Shown here: one piece after another, positions 51,913 through 64,000 of the stretch
Layout of the letters: the number at the start of each line of letters is the position of its first letter
How positions within the stretch are numbered: the stretch's first letter is position 1
Source: Octopus sinensis
Taxonomy: Eukaryota
DNA length: 64,000 nt
Assembly (NCBI RefSeq): GCF_006345805.1
Contig: NC_043012.1
Span: 39,370,001 to 39,434,000, forward strand
Direction: 5' to 3'
Notes under the pieces: generated by a model
The model's database searches: none
Told to the model about the DNA's origin: nothing
What the model saw: only the letters and a program-made list of their open reading frames with translations
Translations under genes and position numbers: made by a program

Positions 51913-52893
51913 CATGTATGTAAGTGTTGATTTCGTCGAGGCTATGGGTTAAAGAGAAATACCCAAAGATGTCGTAGGATCATTTCGAACTCGAAAACAC
52001 CACAAATTCATAAACTGAACTTTTGAACCTCACAGTTATGCCTCCGCCAATTCACACTTTTAGCGCAGTACTTTTTGTCTCCCTTCATCCTAGCATTAAC
52101 TATTGAAACTTTATAACTAATAGTTGTTGGCTCTTAATAAAAGCCAAATGAATTCTCGTATTCTAGGTAAACCCGTCTTCACAAATATCACACGAAAATG
52201 TCTCTAGAGTAGAGCCAAAGCAATTCTCAGAAAATCAAAACAAAATCTTTTCTGGAAAATCTTTTGAAAAATGACTAACATTTTCTTCCAAATCGAATCC
52301 CGTACAAATTTTATTTTTAAAGTAGGATTTAGATAACAATTTCAAGTTATATGTTGCCAACAGTCTTATGACGCCATTTTAGCTTTTAATAGGGAAAGAT
52401 TTGCTACCTTGAAGCTTTTCTTGGCGTTATTTCAATGATTCCATGACGGTTGAATTAACGTTCAATTGAAGACAATTTCTATATATTTTAAAAGAAATTC
52501 GCGTTTTCTAAGATTCATCGGTTCAACTGATAATGCTGTATAGCCTAAAGAGAAGATTTACCGAATAAAATACATACACAAACCAGCTTTTCAACAGTCG
52601 ATCGTGTGCAGCATCGCACTGCGCATGCTTCAACAATCTCGAAAAGAACTTAAGTGCTGATTGATATCTACAGAATCGATTTCTCCCAAGCGGGAACTTT
52701 GGAATAAACTGTTGAAAATATTTCGAGGATCCTTTCCGTTTCTTTCTTCTCTCCAATACTTTCACATTACTTCTCTTTCCTTTCACCCTCTTTCTTTCTC
52801 TCCCTCTCTCTTTCTCCACCTCTCTTTCTATCTTTATCGTTGTACCTCTATCGCCTCATCCTCTATCTTACTTGGCCGATCTTTATCTTGTTT

Positions 52894-52925
<32 letters not shown>

Positions 52926-53654
52926 CTCTCTCGCTCTCTCTCTCTACATTACTCTATATATTTCTCTATTCCTCTTCCTCGCTACATCAGTATATCTCTT
53001 TGTTTCTCCCTCTCTTACTCGCTATCTCTCAATTGATCCATCTGTCTTCATCTGTATTTATTCCTATAATTCTCCGTCACCCTCTCTCTCACTTCTGGTG
53101 TCTGCATGTATGTATATATGACTGGTATACATACATACACTTTCAATATATATATATATATATATTTCATATCATATCTATATATTTCTCTCTTGCATTG
53201 GCTTGCATCCATTAATGTTTAAATATAAACGCACAATTTTCAAACACAGGCACACACATACACACAACTTGGTATCAGATAACAAATATATATACTTATA
53301 TCTTCTCTCTCTCTCTCTTTCACTCATTCTTGCTATCTCTCTCTCACTCTCTCCGTGTATGTATGTGTATGTGTGTATGACAACACAAAGCATGGAGAGG
53401 GCATCGAAGTGTTACAAATAGAAAGACATACATACATACAATGCATCCCTGTACGCATAAGTACATTATTCAGACACAATTACCTTCCGTTACCAAAAGG
53501 GGAGCCTATGTAGTATTTAGACATGTTAGAAATAGAAACTAAATCACCCTTAAATCAAACACAACTTTAAAATATATATATGTATATATATACACGCGCA
53601 TTTACGCATGCGTCTCCACAAACAGGCAGGCGACAATATTTTCTTCGTGTTTGC

Positions 53655-53853
53655 CTTTCTACTATAGGCATATTTGGTGAGAGATGCTAGTCGATTACAT
53701 CGACCCCAGTACACAACTGGTACTTATTTCATCGATTTCGCTAGGACGAAAGACAAAGTCGACCTCGGCGGAATTTGAACTCAGAACGTAGCGACTGGCG
53801 AAATATCGCTCAGCATTTTTCCGAGCGTGCTAACGATTCTGCCAGCGCACCGC
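53655..53853 (-). mobile_element. SINE family B
   Basis: gtcgattacatcgaccccagt...caaagtcgacctcggcggaatttgaactcagaac...gctaacgattctgccagc. Confidence 0.88.
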
Positions 53854-55254
53854 TTTGTTTATCTTTAGATAATATTGCCATTTCTCAGTGAATCTTTACC
53901 AAATTGTTGATGGCGGTTCAAATGAAACACTGAATAAAGAATGAGCAAATGCACCGGAACATTGACTTATATTGTAAGTCAGGAAAAGTGATGTAGGGAC
54001 AAAGAAGGTTGAAATGGAGAGGATTAGCAGTAGTATGTGTAGGATATCTAGAAGCTTCCTCAGTCACTCAGTCATTTTAATCTGTTTATCGTCTCAGGAA
54101 GATTTAAAGAATTTTTCAACCTGTAATTCACACACACACACACACACACGTATGAATCTGGTTGAGACAGATATTATATATGTATGTATAGCAAATGTAG
54201 ACGTCATACACACACACACACACACACACGACTATTACAACGTAGCATGTAACATCGTTTCACTGATTGTTTTAAGTATCTTTAGCTGCGAGGAGAGATA
54301 AGCACCACGTGGGCTCCTTCCCACCATTTCACGCTGTAAAACATCAATAATAAAATAGCTGACGTGAAAGAGGGCTCCAGCATCGCTTGCCAGGTACGGT
54401 TCTCAACAATTAAGATGGAACAATACGAAGTGATGAGCCTTATGCAGCACAAAATACGTTACCCGGCCAAGCACTAGAATCCATGACCGTATCGTAAGCC
54501 TGATACTTCCACTGCAAGGCCTGCGGCCTTCACATATTCATACACACACACGGTTACGTACACGCATGTGTGTGCGTGCGCGCGCACGTGTGTGTATGTC
54601 TCAAAACAGACGCGTCCTGTTTTAACAGGAAATATGCGTCAGCGTATTACTCGTAAACACAAAAGTCATCGACAAATCCCTTTTAAAATGAGATTCCCTT
54701 ATCAGAGAACATCTGCGACCAAAAAGCAACACTTTGTCGAAACTTCTTCCATGAACTTTCTAAAAGTAACATTTCACTCTTCGTTAAATTCACTGCTGTC
54801 GTCTCAAATCAAATTAGATATCGTGGTCCTGTATTTACCATGCGATAGGATGATCACAAATACAGTGCTGTTGGTTATAACCTGCGCTATGAGGGTTGAC
54901 CTGTGGCTAAATAAAGTAAATAACCATGACAATTATCGCAATAGTAACAAAAACACTGACAACGAGAACCATATCGCTAACCGTAGAGTATATTTTGATA
55001 TCGAGGAAAGAATGCGGGTATTTAGGCGATTATAGTGTTCCATGTTTTGGTAGATGTAAATGCGTTATCTTGAATGTAAATGTTAGTTTGATTAAAGAAC
55101 ATTTTATGAATATTCTACTGTTGAAACAGGGGCTTAGATTTCGCAAAGATTAATTGAAGGTTTCACTTAAAATGATTGATGGTTTCCAATAACACCATGA
55201 TGCGAATTAAACATCCTGTCATTAAGCATTAGATGTTTGGAAATAAGACTTCCA

Positions 55255-55269
55255 ATAATAATAATAATG

Positions 55270-55312
<43 letters not shown>

Positions 55313-55328
55313 CAACAACAACAACAGC
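55255..55328. repeat. (AAT)n(AAC)n microsatellite
   Basis: Seen directly. Confidence 0.95.
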
Positions 55329-55834
55329 AATGAGCTAATTAGTTTTATTAACAAGACTACAGGGTTTAGTAGAAACTGTGAAACACCAAAATAAATACGC
55401 ATTTAATGGGATCCATGAAGGAGCGTGTACGCAGTCACTTAATCTGCTTGAAATAGTACACAGATGTACTTCAAATGATTATTCTACAATAATAAACATG
55501 GAGGGATACACTGAATGCCATAGTTCTAAATAGACAAGTAAATAAATTTGTTGTTTCGAAAGTTGCCTGGCCTAGCGGTTAAAGTATTCGAGTCTTGACA
55601 AGCCTTGCGGTTTCAATTCCGTGACCGGGCAGCGCGTTGTGCGTTTGACTGAGGTATTTCACTTTGCTTCCATCTACTCGGGTATAATTAAGCACCAGTC
55701 GGCTTTGTGATGGTGTCTAAATCTCTTCTCGACTACATAAGCACAAGAAACAATTAGCCAAAAACAGGGTACGTGTTGCCAAGTCATTCTCACTCGTGAA
55801 TAACGGTTGTTTAGGCTTATAAATATGTGGCTTA

Positions 55835-56120
55835 ATGGTGGGTAGCTCGTAGATTAAGGAGTCTTTTCAAATCTAGATACTACTTCTCCGTAATGGGAAG
55901 TCACAGCCCCGGTAATATGGATTGGAATTTCGCAAGAAAGGATTGCAAGACGGTTTCTTCACGCCGAACTAACTGGTATGAGAGCAAGGGGTATCATGAG
56001 GGTGATGGCTGGATATCCATAAGCTCAGTTGGTCACGTTTGAGAATCTAGCCGGAAAGAGTAGTGTTAGTTTTTTTCTGATAAGACTCTATAGAGAAGGG
56101 GGTCCCCACCCCAATAATGA
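55835..56120 (+). mobile_element. RTE-clade LINE 3' fragment (Expander/Rex3-like)
   Basis: Frameshifted translation VGSS*IKESFQI*ILLLRNGKSQPR*YG...ERIARRFLHAELTGMRARG...WLDIHKLSWSRLRI*PE resembles the RTE C-terminal RWYGHV..RM..ER.ARR....GKRPRGRPR.RW region. Confidence 0.7.
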
Positions 56121-56242
56121 CCTGAAAGGTTGAATGGCCGAGGGATTTAGTTTGTTGATGAAGGATAATGTTGAAAGGATGTGTCTTCTTTCTCAATTCA
56201 GATTCCGTTGCATTTCGTTCCTCATTCTATTGTATTCGTACC

Positions 56243-56740
56243 TCATTGCGACCACAGTCGAACATTCCTGACAATGTCTCGCCAAAATTCACAAGTTTCC
56301 ATGGCTTGTGACAATTGCTCGTTACTGAGGTTTGTAACGTCTGAGAGTTGATCGATAAATCTTCCAGCATCGCCAGTTTGTTGGTTTCCACTACAACAGC
56401 TTCTGTACAACTTCCTGCTTACTTCACCAGAAATGCCATGCAATTTATAACCGTCTTTAAGCATGTTTTAGTAGTTACCTTAACAAGTTTTCTTATAAAA
56501 TTTCATTTGTAATACGTTGACGCAAGTATATGATTTGTACAATCCTAAGCAGTTTAGTGTATGCACCATCTAGTTTCTTCTCAAGTGCTTGTGCCTTGAT
56601 CCATACACCAACACTGACTCAACAGATATTTTGAAGATTATTTTGATTTTTCAGGGTAGCTATGATTTGCATATATTTTCTATTTTGTTCATTGAAGCCC
56701 AGGCTTTGGTAATTCGTATATCAACGTGCCTTTTAGAAAG
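56243..56740 (-). mobile_element. RTE-X-like LINE, RT C-terminal fragment
   Basis: Minus strand: IRITKAWASMNKIENI...SVESVLVYGS...LEKKLDGAYTKLLRIV...LWKPTN...FIDQLSDVTNLSNEQLSQAMETCEFWRDIVRNVRL. Confidence 0.8.
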
Positions 56741-56859
56741 AAAAAAACATCGCGAAACATCATAATTTACCATAGCGCATCGCTCGTCACGTGGATTCAC
56801 AAAGATCATGTCCCCTGACCGAAAACCAAGTCAGGATCAAAATACTGGTTAATGAATCC

Positions 56860-57000
56860 CTACTGAAGTGCAACAGATCAATAAATATAACTTCTTTCAA
56901 CACTAGGGCCCTAAATGACATTAGGAAAATGAATGAACTTCAGCACTCTGCGAACATCACAAGAACATCGTTATTACCATGCTGATGAAGTAATCAAGAA
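56860..57000 (+). mobile_element. RTE/RTE-X-like LINE, APE endonuclease N-terminal fragment
   Basis: LKCNRSINITSFNTRALNDIRKMNEL..., then after a frameshift QEHRYYHADEVIK. These match the APE motifs (T/S.N.R.L and the QE metal ligand). Confidence 0.7.
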
Positions 57001-58426
57001 ACTTGTCCAGTTAAGCTGAGAACGCTGAGAACTATCGTTTTTTTCAAATGTTATGATTATCTATCAACAACATACGTGAATTGAAGACAGCAAATTCACA
57101 GAGCCGTTAGAACGTCGGATATGATAATTTGCTGTAGAAGTTCCAACTCTGTGTACTGAGTTCAATTTCTGCCGAAGCTACCGTTGAATTTTAAAGTCGA
57201 TAAATAACATACCAGGCTAGTACGGGTATCGAATACTATTTCCTTCGCTCCCTCCCTCTCTCCCCCTATTTCTTTCATGATTATAACTGTAATCCAAATT
57301 TCATACCCTGTCATAGTTTGTCTTGCCGATTCAGGTCGAATATTACGCTAAATATTCCCTTGCGGGTGGAATAATCTGCCAATTGCATTCTAACTTCAAG
57401 AATGTGGTCGAGTAACTGAAGATTCATTGTCGAAACCTACAAAAAATTTAATATACATAAGTTCAGTACATACTAGTAATATGCAGTGATTGATTTAAAT
57501 CTACCAGTTTAAAATACCATAGAATACCGCTGAATTTGAATGTGGAGAAATTGTATGGCGAGACTCACATGGATCCCTTAGTATTTCATCCCACGACATC
57601 ACCAACTAGTCCTTCATGGTTCCAATACTCTACCATAGCCCGGTCTGAGGTCATCTTCCTGTCTTCTACCCTCTGTCTTAGAGTCCGGATATTACCATTC
57701 TTTCAATGTTTAAACCATGAAATAAACCATGAGGTTATACATGTCAGTGATTAGGAATCAACAATAAGACATGAAAACCGCTATGGGGTTGTAAAATCTG
57801 CCAGAAATAGCTACGAAATCTCCTCAAACATGGATGGTTGTATTCGATGTATGTAGAAACTTTGAATTTACTCCGTAATGAACAATAGGCACCTCCCGTA
57901 TCCTCATTTTCAGGGTCTGAATACTGGTGCCAGAGAAGCAAAAAACCTATCTTTAAACCGGAGACGTGGCCCTAAACATGGCAAACCTTTAAAACCTGTT
58001 AAAAATAGTCCAAAGCCAAGATGGTGGTGGATGTTAAACTAGGCTACCGATTACGTCAGCCACTCTAGACCTAGCTATATTATATCTCGAAACAGACGGG
58101 CTTATGATCATAGATCTGTTCGACATTCCTAAATTTAGGTATAAAACAGCACAACATTTGCAACCAGTTTCATAGCGACTGCAACAGAGACATTTAACAC
58201 GAAGAAAGTGATGGCAGTATATTATTCCTAAATTTCATCTTGTGTCTCAAGATTGTCGTTTTACACTTGAAAAAAAATATTTAGCAAAGTCTTAACTCAA
58301 TCTCAGGTATACGAACAAAAAGAAGAACATATGTATTCAGAAACAGTATGTGCTAGTCTTGAACATAATATAATTAGGAGTCCCTGTATATCTGTATATA
58401 GGTATGTATGTATGTATGTATGTATG

Positions 58427-58474
<48 letters not shown>

Positions 58475-58649
58475 CTGTACGGGTTGCTATATTTTTTGCA
58501 ATGTTTCATATTTTTGCGTAAACTAACAAATCAAATGAACGCATGAAGCTGCAGGATACAGTGAAATTGAAAATATAACATTAATGCGTGCACAGTCACT
58601 CTGCTTCTCGATATATAAATATATGCGTGTACAACGCTCAGTATGTGTC

Positions 58650-58703
<54 letters not shown>

Positions 58704-59511
58704 TATAGATAACCATACTTACTTTGTTCATTAACAACTGTTGGCTGCTACGCAGTACCCAAAAACGGTTTGTTAAAAATCTTGAAATGGCCAGAAGTAC
58801 CTACAAAAGCACAAAATACAATTATATTTTTGTTATATATGAAACGTATGTATGCGTTATATTTTAATATATATGATTATATGTATAATGAATGTTTCCT
58901 ACTCAATTTGTATATTGGTATAATGAAATTAGAATTAGTTTAATATTTTACTTAATTTAAATATTTACTGGCGTCGCAAATGGGAGTAACTGGCTCACTT
59001 TTTAACAAGAAAATACAACACCAAGCTTTACTGTAATTATCACATAATTCCCTGAAAGCAAAGCAGGGAAAGAAAGAGAGAAATTTGGAGAATGTTCAAG
59101 AGAGACATAACAAATGACAGACGTAGAAAAAAGAAAACAAACAAAAACCACATATACTATTCAATCAGATATTTAGTTAACAAGCAAACAATTAATAATA
59201 TCAAATTGAACAAGATGGATGATATCTGCATTGTTATTAGCCTCTTCATTTATTTGTTATTACTTTACGTGAATATGTTGTTGCATGTCTTCGTGTGCGG
59301 GGCCGTTTTCTGGTTAATATGTACCTGTTTATATGTATTTATTTCCGTGGTCAAGTGTGTTCGTGTTAATCTTCTTAGATTTGTATATGCACGAATGTGT
59401 ACGCGTGGGTAGGTATGTGTGTGTGTATATATATGTATGCATGTATATATATATATATATATATAATAGTGTGTATGTTTGGACAACTAGATGTAGATGT
59501 AAACATGCATT

Positions 59512-59562
<51 letters not shown>

Positions 59563-59609
59563 GTGTGTGTGTATTTTGATATAATATACATACGTGTGTG
59601 TGTGTGTAT

Positions 59610-59669
<60 letters not shown>

Positions 59670-60707
59670 TTTGTGTGTGTGTTTGGAAGGAATTACAGAA
59701 TTGGCATAGAAGCTAATCATACGATACACTAAAGGAGATGAATTTAACCAAATTCCTCAAAAAGAGAAAACCAAAAGCTAAACAATATTAACAATAGCAA
59801 CAATAATAACAATAACAACTATGATAACGATGATGATGGAAAGAACCAAAAAAGCAAGAAAAACCTCATTGAAACTCTAACGATGTGTCTACAGTGCTGT
59901 TGTTGCTACTGTCCACGTCCGACATGGAGAACTTTAAGTACCAATTATGTTAATGTTTCTTCTAGTTTTCTTTGCTTACTAAATTTATTCTAGTTTCATC
60001 TCATCTCGTTTTGATTCTTTTTCTTTTTACTCTGTTGTGAACACACCATAATGGTTTCTGCATCTTCGCATGTCTTATTTGTTTGTATTGTTATATATTT
60101 TCTTTGCTTAATATTGTTTTGTCTTTTTGTTGTTGTTTTTTCGTTTACTTTAATTTATACTCTTCAATTTTTCCTGCTTTCTTTTATTTTTCCTCTTGTA
60201 TTTCTAAAATTACGTGTTCTTGGGATATTGAGATATTTATCTGGCAGCAATTTAATTTATGCACTTCTCTCTCTCTCTCCTCCTAATTCTCTTTTTACTT
60301 GTTACTCTTGTTTTTGATATTATTATTATTATTTCGTATTCTCCTTTAGTTTTACACAACGCCATTGTCTGGCTAATTAAATTTACACTTTGCGTTATAG
60401 ATTTTGTTTCTGAAAACTTATTGTCCTGCAGCGCATACTTACATATATGTTCTGGTACATGTTTGAGTGGGTAGAAATACATTCACATACATTCTCGCAT
60501 ACAAACACGCCATATCCGTGTATGCGTATAATGGTGCATACATGGAACATTCGAGATCACATATACATACGTATAAAAGTTGAAATGGAGATACATCTCA
60601 ATATATATAAATTTTATTAGATATGCAAATAGACATTTAAACATGAAATTATGTGTACACACCAACATTCCTAGCCAAATATCTCTGTAACAATACGCAC
60701 TCACGCG

Positions 60708-60710
<3 letters not shown>

Positions 60711-60768
<58 letters not shown>

Positions 60769-60823
60769 TATATATATAATATATATATATATAGATATAT
60801 ATATATATACATATATAGATATA

Positions 60824-60863
<40 letters not shown>

Positions 60864-60873
60864 TATTATATAT

Positions 60874-60907
<34 letters not shown>

Positions 60908-60982
60908 ATTATATATACATATATAGATATATATATATATATATACAATATAAGATATATATAGATATATATACATATATAG

Positions 60983-61014
<32 letters not shown>

Positions 61015-61020
61015 TATATA

Positions 61021-61064
<44 letters not shown>

Positions 61065-61154
61065 TAGATATATATATATACAATATATATATATACATAT
61101 ATATATACATATATATACATACATATATATATATACAGATATATATATATATAT

Positions 61155-61200
<46 letters not shown>
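60711..61200. repeat. ~490-bp (TA)n microsatellite
   Basis: Seen directly. Confidence 0.95.
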
Positions 61201-61204
<4 letters not shown>

Positions 61205-62043
61205 ATCTATAATATTCCTGTGTGTGTAGTACGTGTATGATTTTTACGAAATAGATATATCCACATATATCAAAATCATATTACGTATATAATGTAGATA
61301 AACATTTAAGCACGAAATTACGATTTGACACCAACATTCCTATATTCATCGATCTTTCTAGTAACATGCATAAAAAAATAGCTTCATGTGGTATCCGAAA
61401 ACTCAGCATGCAACTATTAAACATTAAATAATTTTAATCGTGATATTCATAAATATTCATTTTTGGTCTATCTATTTCTCTATGAATCTATATCAATTTT
61501 CCTATATATCTACCCATTTTAGCAGATGCAGAAACTGCTCATTCTTAAATATATATAATGTATGTAAGTATGTGTATATGTGTCTATGTATATATATATA
61601 TATATATATATAGTTTTGTATGTGGTACATATACTTTATAAGATTATCTCGCAGTTTCCTATGACTGAAGTTTCGTGGGCGCGTTGGATACCTCAATCTT
61701 ATCATATGGTGTTTGTATGTGTGTGTGTGTATACACAACACACACACACACACACACACATATTATATATATATATATATATAATATATCTATATTATAG
61801 ATATATATATATATATATATATCTATATATATATATATATATAATATACTGAACGTTGGAACTGGAAGCTGATAAGCTAAAAGTCAGAGCGTGTAACTTT
61901 TGACTCGAAATCACTTATATACTAAACGTTAGTCAATGATTGCATGCTATTAAGTAAAGCATATCTACGTCAAGATTGCAAAACAAAAATACTTCAGGTT
62001 CTCAGGAACGCTAAAAATATCAATGTTATAACAATATATATAT

Positions 62044-62131
<88 letters not shown>

Positions 62132-62695
62132 ATATACACACACACACACACACAGACAGACCACCAGAGTTGTGTTATAGTACGTTAGGAACGTGGTAGA
62201 GTACAGTATAAAGCGCGTACATCTTCGTAATTAACAGTACTGTCGGTAGTATTATTATATACAAACAAGTTTAAATTTGGGCATTCGTCGTGTGTGAATA
62301 TAAATTTGAAGAAATTAGAACCCTGAAGGAGTGCGTTTGGACATTTATTTATGTGAGTGTATGTATGTTTAGATATAGGTATATATACATAGGTTTCCGC
62401 GTGAGAATGTAGGTTTGAGTCACTGTGAGTGTATGTGAGAATGTATCCGACCGCTGAATCCTAAAGGTCAGCTTCAGAAATTCCCATGTGTAGCTAACCA
62501 TAGAGATCAGGCCAGAGATACAACCGAATAGAAGAGCAATCCCATTGAATTGCCAGCCAGTACCATCTACTACAATTCATAGTAGTCCAACAAACGCATT
62601 CTACTATCAGCCGCTACTAAATTCAAACCACGACGTGACAGAGGAGATGGCCTTGAAGTCGACATTTTTAAACCAACGGAGACAACACGCGTATA

Positions 62696-62795
62696 TCGCC
62701 TGAGGAAACGCAACAAGATCTCATTATCAAAACAGTAGCATAATCAAATACCTGTATTCTTGGCGAACTACGTTGTGTCGAAACAGTTGTGGCGA
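62696..62795 (+). ncRNA. Type-I hammerhead-ribozyme-like motif with a large stem-II loop (Penelope-type)
   Basis: Stem I tcgc/gcga, perfect core CUGAGGA (62700-62706), stem II acgcaac/gttgtgt (7 bp, one G-U), GAAA (62780-62783), and near-palindromic stem III ACAGTTGT. Deviations: A-C at the 10.1/11.1 pair and G at position 17. Confidence 0.6.
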
Positions 62796-62890
62796 ATAAT
62801 AAATAAATGTCCAACCGTACTCCTTTTTGACTGCAATTTTTTCAATTGTATATATATCTATATATATACAATTGTATGTATATGTATATA

Positions 62891-63290
62891 CTCTTACTCT
62901 TTTACTCTTTTACTTGTTTCAGTCATTTGACTGCGGCCATGCTGGAGCACCGCCTTTAGTCGAGCAAATCGACCCCGGGACGTATTCTTTGTAAGCCTAG
63001 TACTTATTATATAGGTCTCTTTTGCCGAACCGTTAAGTGACGGGGACGTAAACACACCAGCATCGGATGTCAAGCAATGCTAGGGGGACAAACACAGACA
63101 CACAAACACATACACACATACATATATATATATACGACAGGCTTCTTTCAGTTTCCGTCTACCAAATCCACTCACAAGGCATTGGTCGGCCCGGGGCTAT
63201 AGCAGAAGACACTTGCCCAAGATGCCACGCAGTGGGACTGAACCCGGAACCATGTGGTTGGTTAGCAAGCTACTTACCACACAGCCACTC
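62891..63290 (-). mobile_element. SINE family A, full length, young
   Basis: (tactctt)n tail through to a complete tRNA-like head ending cttaccacacagccactc. Confidence 0.93.
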
Positions 63291-63306
63291 ATATATTAGA
63301 TATATA

Positions 63307-63357
<51 letters not shown>

Positions 63358-64000
63358 GCTACCGTGTATGATCTTGCTAATCCCTTCTGAATGCTTACGT
63401 TTCGCCGCTCATGGACGACTACTACTTATGACAAGGTTTTAGAGAACTTGTCCCGTTCCACAAGAGTTGAACAAACATAGTCAGGTTCCGGATAGACAGC
63501 AGAGCTTAATGTATCCCTACATTTCTTTTTTTTTCCTCTATACTATAATACTTTTCCCTTGCTTATTTATTTCAAATCAGCATTGTTCACAAACCAGCGA
63601 ATTACCATTTCTTTGTAGATTAATGTAGAGAAATTAAGCTTTTTTATTAAGCATAGACACACACACACGTTTGTACATCTGTGTGTGTATGTATTTGTGT
63701 GTACACATACATGTATAATGTATGTGTGTGAAAACTAGCTACAAGTTTGAACTAACATAAACGCACTCACGCATCCGGACACATAAATACACACCTACAC
63801 AGAGATCGGTGTGTGTTGGACACATATACGAATGAAGCCGCATATTTGTGTATACGTATATATATGTGCCTGAGTATATATACAGAGACGCATTTACATA
63901 AATCTCAATCTGTATGACTGACAGGCATACAAATACATACCCATTTACTTGGAAACGTATTTATATACCAATTTACAGAGAAACATCCATACTTGAACAT

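Noticed and set aside
54568-55035. 155-aa ORF
   Set aside because: It starts in a TG repeat and includes decayed aat/aac repeats. No domain recognised.
56978-57012. ctgatga...gaaacttgtc hammerhead-like spacing
   Set aside because: No stem II pairing and only 2 bp of stem I. It lies inside the endonuclease-coding remnant.
57913-58041. Good acceptor cctcattttcag followed by a 42-codon open frame
   Set aside because: Two frames are equally plausible, with no homology or upstream partner exon.
63391-63420. Minus-strand ccatgagcggcgaaacgta, resembling a hammerhead
   Set aside because: The core lacks CUGA, stem II cannot close a loop, and there is no stem I pairing.

Overview
This is AT-rich, repeat-saturated eukaryotic DNA. 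The tRNA-derived SINE families and the extreme (TA)n/(CA)n density point to a coleoid cephalopod, probably Octopus (inference, not verified). I could not confidently identify any host protein-coding gene, rRNA, true tRNA or CRISPR array. Nearly all ORFs in the six-frame track are artefacts of microsatellites or SINEs, so the window looks intronic or intergenic, with a few unproven candidate exons. Supportable content: (i) at least five tRNA-derived SINE types with mix-and-match head, body and tail modules; (ii) degenerate LINE fragments (RTE, RTE-X-like, CR1/L2-like) and a ~1.9 kb L1/Tx1-like element that keeps a 5' UTR and a CCHC-knuckle ORF1 but shows no ORF2; (iii) mariner transposase remnants, including a composite of two facing 5' ends; (iv) a non-autonomous Helitron, piggyBac-like TTAA MITEs and fold-back elements; (v) a ~1.3 kb near-identical tandem duplication; (vi) two minimal type-I hammerhead-ribozyme-like motifs of the Penelope-associated kind, both with core lesions, one with a 57-nt loop in stem II. 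All alignments and folds were done by eye. Element boundaries are approximate unless a TSD or TIR is cited.
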